Below, piece by piece: positions 28,073 to 32,000 of a stretch of 32,000 bases of DNA (positions are counted from its first letter, which is position 1; each line of letters begins with the position of its first letter). The position numbers and the translations under genes were made by a program. This stretch comes from an uncultured archaeon. GTDB taxonomy: Archaea; Asgardarchaeota; Thorarchaeia; Thorarchaeales; CAZPUN01. The DNA lies in NCBI GenBank assembly GCA_964589775.1, contig CAZPUN010000057.1:26953-58952 (forward strand). Reading direction: 5' to 3'. The notes below the pieces were generated by a model. That model made no database searches and had not been told where the DNA came from. It saw only the letters and a list, made by a program, of their open reading frames with translations.

Positions 28073-28131
28073 ATGAAATTGTCGATTATTCGACAAAACT
28101 GATGATAACTTCAATGAAGTTTGAAGGAGTT
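28073..28131 (+). promoter_or_regulatory. Structured rpl7ae 5' leader with a kink-turn-like motif overlapping the ribosome-binding site
   Basis: Hairpin TTGTCGA/TCGACAA, then CT-GAT-GA-T-AACTTC(AAT)GAAGTT-T-GA-AG running into GGAG. Confidence 0.6.
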
Positions 28132-28139
28132 AACCGAAA

Positions 28140-28514
28140 ATGCCAAAACCAGATTTTGTTGATTTTGATACACCACCAGAATTAGCCAAAAAGGCACTTG
28201 ATGCACTTGCAATGGCTAAAAAGAGTGGAAAAGTAAAGAAAGGAATCCATGAAACCACAAAAACAATTGAACGTGGTCATGCCAAACTCGTAGTAATTGC
28301 TGAAGATGTAGATCCTCCAGAAATTACAATGTTTATGCCTGCCTTATGTGATGATAGAAATGTACCATTTATATATGTACAAAGTAAGGCAGATTTAGGA
28401 AAAGCTGTTGGCGTAGAAGTACCAACTGCTGCAGCAGCAATAGTTACAGAAGGTAAAGCAAAAGATTTAGTTGCAGATATTGTAGAAAAGGTAAAAGCCC
28501 TAAGAGGCAAGTAA
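28140..28514 (+). CDS. rpl7ae: Ribosomal protein L7Ae (eL8)
   Basis: GKVKKGIHETTKTIERG, IAEDVDPPEI, LGKAVG. Confidence 0.97.
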   Translation: MPKPDFVDFDTPPELAKKALDALAMAKKSGKVKKGIHETTKTIERGHAKLVVIAEDVDPPEITMFMPALCDDRNVPFIYVQSKADLGKAVGVEVPTAAAAIVTEGKAKDLVADIVEKVKALRGK

Positions 28515-28530
28515 TCTGGAGGTGCGGTAA

Positions 28531-28746
28531 GTGAGTGAACAGACCGAACCTGCAATACCTGCAGAAGTAATCCAGCTAATCGGGCGTACAGGAGTTACAG
28601 GCGAGATTACTCAGGTTCGTGTCAGAATCTTAGAGGGTCGAGATAAGGGACGTATCATTACAAGAAATGTAAAAGGTCCCGTCCGTCTTGGAGATATCTT
28701 GATCTTAAGAGAAACTGAACGCGAAGCAAAGAGAATGAAACGTTAG
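28531..28746 (+). CDS. rps28e: 30S ribosomal protein S28e
   Basis: [36 protein letters not shown] start after GGAGGTG. Confidence 0.97.
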   Translation: MSEQTEPAIPAEVIQLIGRTGVTGEITQVRVRILEGRDKGRIITRNVKGPVRLGDILILRETEREAKRMKR

Positions 28747-28758
28747 GACGTGCTAGCT

Positions 28759-28953
28759 ATGGTAAGAACCTACAAATGCGTATTTTGTGGAAAGGATATC
28801 GAACCAGGAACAGGCTCCATGTTTGTTAGATCAAAAGATGGGAGTGTTCTATGGTTCTGTTCAAATAAATGTAAGAAAAACTACTTAGTTTTACGTAGAA
28901 AACCAAGATATACAAAATGGACCAAATACTATGTAAAAGGTCCAAAAAGGTAA
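28759..28953 (+). CDS. rpl24e: 50S ribosomal protein L24e
   Basis: [26 protein letters not shown]. Confidence 0.96.
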   Translation: MVRTYKCVFCGKDIEPGTGSMFVRSKDGSVLWFCSNKCKKNYLVLRRKPRYTKWTKYYVKGPKR

Positions 28954-28979
28954 AGAGGGACTTTCCCTCAATACCTCGT

Positions 28980-29648
28980 TTACTTATTAATTTCACTAAG
29001 AATAAGATCTACAATTGAATTTGTTAAATTCTTTACATATTTTTCATCAATATCGCCAGCTGAATCAAGTAAAAGCTTGAATATTTCATCTTTATCTTTT
29101 GCAGTTACTTCTTTTGATTCATAAGCAGAGACTATTACTTTTCTCAAGTCTGCAGTATGGTCATGATTATAATTAATCCATTTGGAAATATATTCCTTTG
29201 CAAGTTTATCGGCATTTTCAACTATTAAATTAGCCTCAGTACTCCAGAGATTAATTTCAAAGTTAGCAGTTTCAGTGCTGTCAGAGGCATGAATTACATT
29301 TAATCCCTTCCAAATTCCATATTTTCCACGTAGAGAATCAGGAGATGCTTTTTCTACAAATGTAGCACCTGCAAGTTCACGAATTAGCTGAATCGCATTT
29401 TCGCCTTCTAACACTAAAACGACTACTGGAGCAGAAGTGATATAATCAACTAGCCAACCATAAAAGGGTTTATCACGATGAACTGCATAATGTTTTTCTG
29501 CGATTTCACGAGGTACTACAAATTCTTTAAATGCAGTAACCTTAAGATTATTTTCAAGAAATGTATTAAGTGTCAAGGCACTTACTTGCCTTCTTACAGT
29601 TCCATCTGGCTTTATAATGACTAAACTACGTTCAACAACCATTTTCAT
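28980..29648 (-). CDS. ndk: Nucleoside diphosphate kinase with C-terminal extension
   Basis: ERSLVIIKPDG, HY, KPFY, SLRG, NVIHASDS (phospho-His), plus about 80 extra residues. Exact start uncertain (29651, 29648 or 29642). Confidence 0.93.
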   Translation of the reverse strand: MKMVVERSLVIIKPDGTVRRQVSALTLNTFLENNLKVTAFKEFVVPREIAEKHYAVHRDKPFYGWLVDYITSAPVVVLVLEGENAIQLIRELAGATFVEKASPDSLRGKYGIWKGLNVIHASDSTETANFEINLWSTEANLIVENADKLAKEYISKWINYNHDHTADLRKVIVSAYESKEVTAKDKDEIFKLLLDSAGDIDEKYVKNLTNSIVDLILSEINK

Positions 29649-29733
29649 CACAATAAAAGCAGTCTTCGTAATCTATTTAACCTCAACGGTTTGAAACAAA
29701 AATAATTGAAAAATCAAATGGTGGTGACCCCCA

Positions 29734-31533
29734 ATGAGCAAAGAATCAGATAGAAAAAAAATACGTAGCCCAATTTGTGTGGTCTTGGGGCATATAGATC
29801 ATGGAAAAACTAGCTTATTAGATAAAATAAGAGGAACCGCAGTACAAGCGCGAGAAGCTGCAGGTATTACACAACACATTGGCGCAAGTTTCTTCCCAAC
29901 AGAAACTATAGAAAAAGTCTGTGGAGAACTCGTTAAGAGATTTAAAATCAAGTTAAAAATCCCAGGATTAATGGTTATCGATACACCAGGACACGCCGCA
30001 TTTTACAATTTGAGAAAAAGAGGTGGCGCTGTTGCGGACATTGCAATTTTAGTTGTAGATATAAATTCAGGTTTTCAAACGCAAACATATGAATCAATTA
30101 AAATATTAAAATCTAGAAAAGTTCCATTTATTGTAGCAGCAAATAAAATTGATCGAATTCCCGGCTGGCAAAGCCATCCAGATATGCTATTCTTTGATTC
30201 TCTAAAAAACCAGCGAGCAGAAGTTAGAGCTGAATTGGATAGAAGAATATATGATATTGTTGGAGAATTATCAGCAAATGGATTTGACGCTGAAAGATTT
30301 GATCGTGTATCTAATTTTACAAAAACAATTGCAATTGTTCCAACATCAGCAAAAACGGGTGAAGGCATCCCAGAGCTATTGGTAGTACTTGCAGGTCTAA
30401 CACAACAATACTTAACAGAGAGATTGTTAATCACGGAAGGCCCAGCGAAAGGTACAATTCTTGAAGTTAGAGAAGAAAAAGGATTAGGCACTACAATAGA
30501 TGTAATAATTTATGATGGAGTAATAAGAAAAAATGATACAATTGTCGTTGGGGGTCTTGGAAAAACAATTGTAACGAAAGTTCGAAGTTTGCTAATACCT
30601 AAGCCATTAGATGAAATAAGAGACCCTGAGGATAAGTTCAATTCTGCTGAAGAAGTGTCAGCAGCCGCGGGAATAAAAATTTCGGCGCCAAATTTGGAAG
30701 ATGCAGTTGCGGGCGCACCAATGTATGTCGCATTGACTGATGAAGATATTGAGGATTTAAAGAAACGTGTTGAAAAGGAAATTGGCGAATTCCGTACAAT
30801 TACAGACAAAAAGGGAATAATATTAAAGACGGATACACTCGGATCTTTGGAAGCATTCACACAATTCCTAAGAGAGCATAAAATTGCAGTAAGGATCGCA
30901 GATGTAGGACCGGTTACAAAACGAGACGTTATGGAAGCGATAGCAGCTACTGAAAAAGATCCATACTCTGCAGTAATATTAGCATTCAATGTAAAAGTGA
31001 ATCCAGATGCAAGAGAACTTGCAGAGCAAGAAGGAATTGAAATATTTGAAAATTCAGTAATATATCAGTTATATGAAGCATATAACCAATGGAAGATACT
31101 TAAACGCGAGCAAGAATTAGCTAGTTCTCTTGAAGCGATCATTCACCCTGGTAAGATACAAATTCTTTCAGGATATGTTTTCCGTAAGAATGATCCCGCA
31201 ATTGTAGGAATAAGAGTACTTAAAGGTGTGATTAAACCAAAATATCCATTAATTAGAGAAGATGGAAAACGTGTTGGAACAATTTTACAAATACGCGATA
31301 GAAACGAAAATCTAGACGAAGCTCGAATGGGGCAAGAAGTAGCAATTTCAATTAAAGGACCCACAGTTGGACGCCATATAAAGGAAGAAGACATATTATA
31401 TGTGGATGTCCCAGAATCTAACGTGAAAACAATTCAAAGAAAATTCATTGATGAATTACCCCCGGATGAAGTTGAAGCACTCGAAGAATTTATAGATATA
31501 AAGAGAAAACATTCAGAATACTTTGCAATGTAA
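29734..31533 (+). CDS. infB: Translation initiation factor aIF5B (IF-2)
   Basis: LGHIDHGKT, GITQHIGA, DTPGH, NKID, DTLGSLEA. Confidence 0.98.
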   Translation: MSKESDRKKIRSPICVVLGHIDHGKTSLLDKIRGTAVQAREAAGITQHIGASFFPTETIEKVCGELVKRFKIKLKIPGLMVIDTPGHAAFYNLRKRGGAVADIAILVVDINSGFQTQTYESIKILKSRKVPFIVAANKIDRIPGWQSHPDMLFFDSLKNQRAEVRAELDRRIYDIVGELSANGFDAERFDRVSNFTKTIAIVPTSAKTGEGIPELLVVLAGLTQQYLTERLLITEGPAKGTILEVREEKGLGTTIDVIIYDGVIRKNDTIVVGGLGKTIVTKVRSLLIPKPLDEIRDPEDKFNSAEEVSAAAGIKISAPNLEDAVAGAPMYVALTDEDIEDLKKRVEKEIGEFRTITDKKGIILKTDTLGSLEAFTQFLREHKIAVRIADVGPVTKRDVMEAIAATEKDPYSAVILAFNVKVNPDARELAEQEGIEIFENSVIYQLYEAYNQWKILKREQELASSLEAIIHPGKIQILSGYVFRKNDPAIVGIRVLKGVIKPKYPLIREDGKRVGTILQIRDRNENLDEARMGQEVAISIKGPTVGRHIKEEDILYVDVPESNVKTIQRKFIDELPPDEVEALEEFIDIKRKHSEYFAM

Positions 31534-31616
31534 ATGTTACATAACGGAACATTTATGAATATACAACTTAAAAGCATCTAAAGGAAAATAAAAGATTAAT
31601 GAAGGTGAGTCAACAC

Positions 31617-32000
31617 TTGGCAGGCTTTAGACTCGTAATTTCAGATCCAGAAACAGGTCGCGCATTACAATATGAACTTGATGAGTCAAAGAAAGGATTA
31701 CTAATCGGACGAAAAGTAGGAGATATTATAGATGGTAATGAAATAGGCATTACAGGCTATAAGTTGAAGATTACGGGAGGTAGTGACTCATCAGGATTCC
31801 CAATACGACCTGATGTTCATGGACCAGGAAAGAAAAGAATATTATTATCCTCTCCACCAGGATATCATCCTAAGAAGAAAGGTGTTAGACGTAGAAAGAC
31901 AGTACGTGGAAATGAAATTTCACACGATATTGTCCAGATCAATATGAAAATTGTAGAAAAAGGTAAAAAACCACTTGAAGAATTAATTACAAGTGCATCC
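31617..32000 (+). CDS. rps6e: 30S ribosomal protein S6e (runs off the window)
   Basis: TTG start after AGGTGA; reads MAGFRLVISDPETG...LKITGGSDSSGFPIRPDVHGP...RRKTVRGN. No stop before the window end; not in the ORF track. Confidence 0.95.
   Translation, partial: MAGFRLVISDPETGRALQYELDESKKGLLIGRKVGDIIDGNEIGITGYKLKITGGSDSSGFPIRPDVHGPGKKRILLSSPPGYHPKKKGVRRRKTVRGNEISHDIVQINMKIVEKGKKPLEELITSAS

Noticed and set aside
28073-28124. rpl7ae upstream region as a second C/D guide sRNA (ATGA, CTGA, TGAT, TTGA)
   Set aside because: The spacers are self-complementary hairpins rather than free guides and abut the ribosome-binding site; a cis-acting K-turn leader fits better.

Overview
Low-GC archaeal core-genome window, most likely from an Asgard archaeon. 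That assignment is inferred from a four-Roadblock plus MglA-type GTPase cluster, an EMC6/OPTI-like gene and a complete smc-scpA-scpB operon; the lineage within Asgard cannot be resolved. The window holds translation and ribosome genes (srp54, DRG-type GTPase, trmJ, rpl10e, dhs, rpl35ae, rps8e, rqc2, rpl7ae-rps28e-rpl24e, aIF5B, partial rps6e). It also holds two ADP-forming acyl-CoA synthetase alpha subunits with one beta, a LipS1-type radical SAM enzyme, a cis-prenyltransferase, hypE/hypA, a split class I fumarase, a KaiC-like ATPase with an Lrp regulator, and ndk. Signals the ORF track does not show: (1) an intergenic C/D-box sRNA whose guide points to the helix-69 adenosine methylated in eukaryotes; (2) an orphan protein built from four tandem AAA+-lid-like repeats; (3) a K-turn-like leader over the rpl7ae ribosome-binding site; (4) a scpB that needs a non-canonical start codon; (5) an inverted, extended ndk inside a conserved operon; (6) partial pyrI and rps6e at the window edges. 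No mobile elements, CRISPR arrays, rRNA or tRNA were seen. All calls come from recognising motifs by eye; no searches were run.
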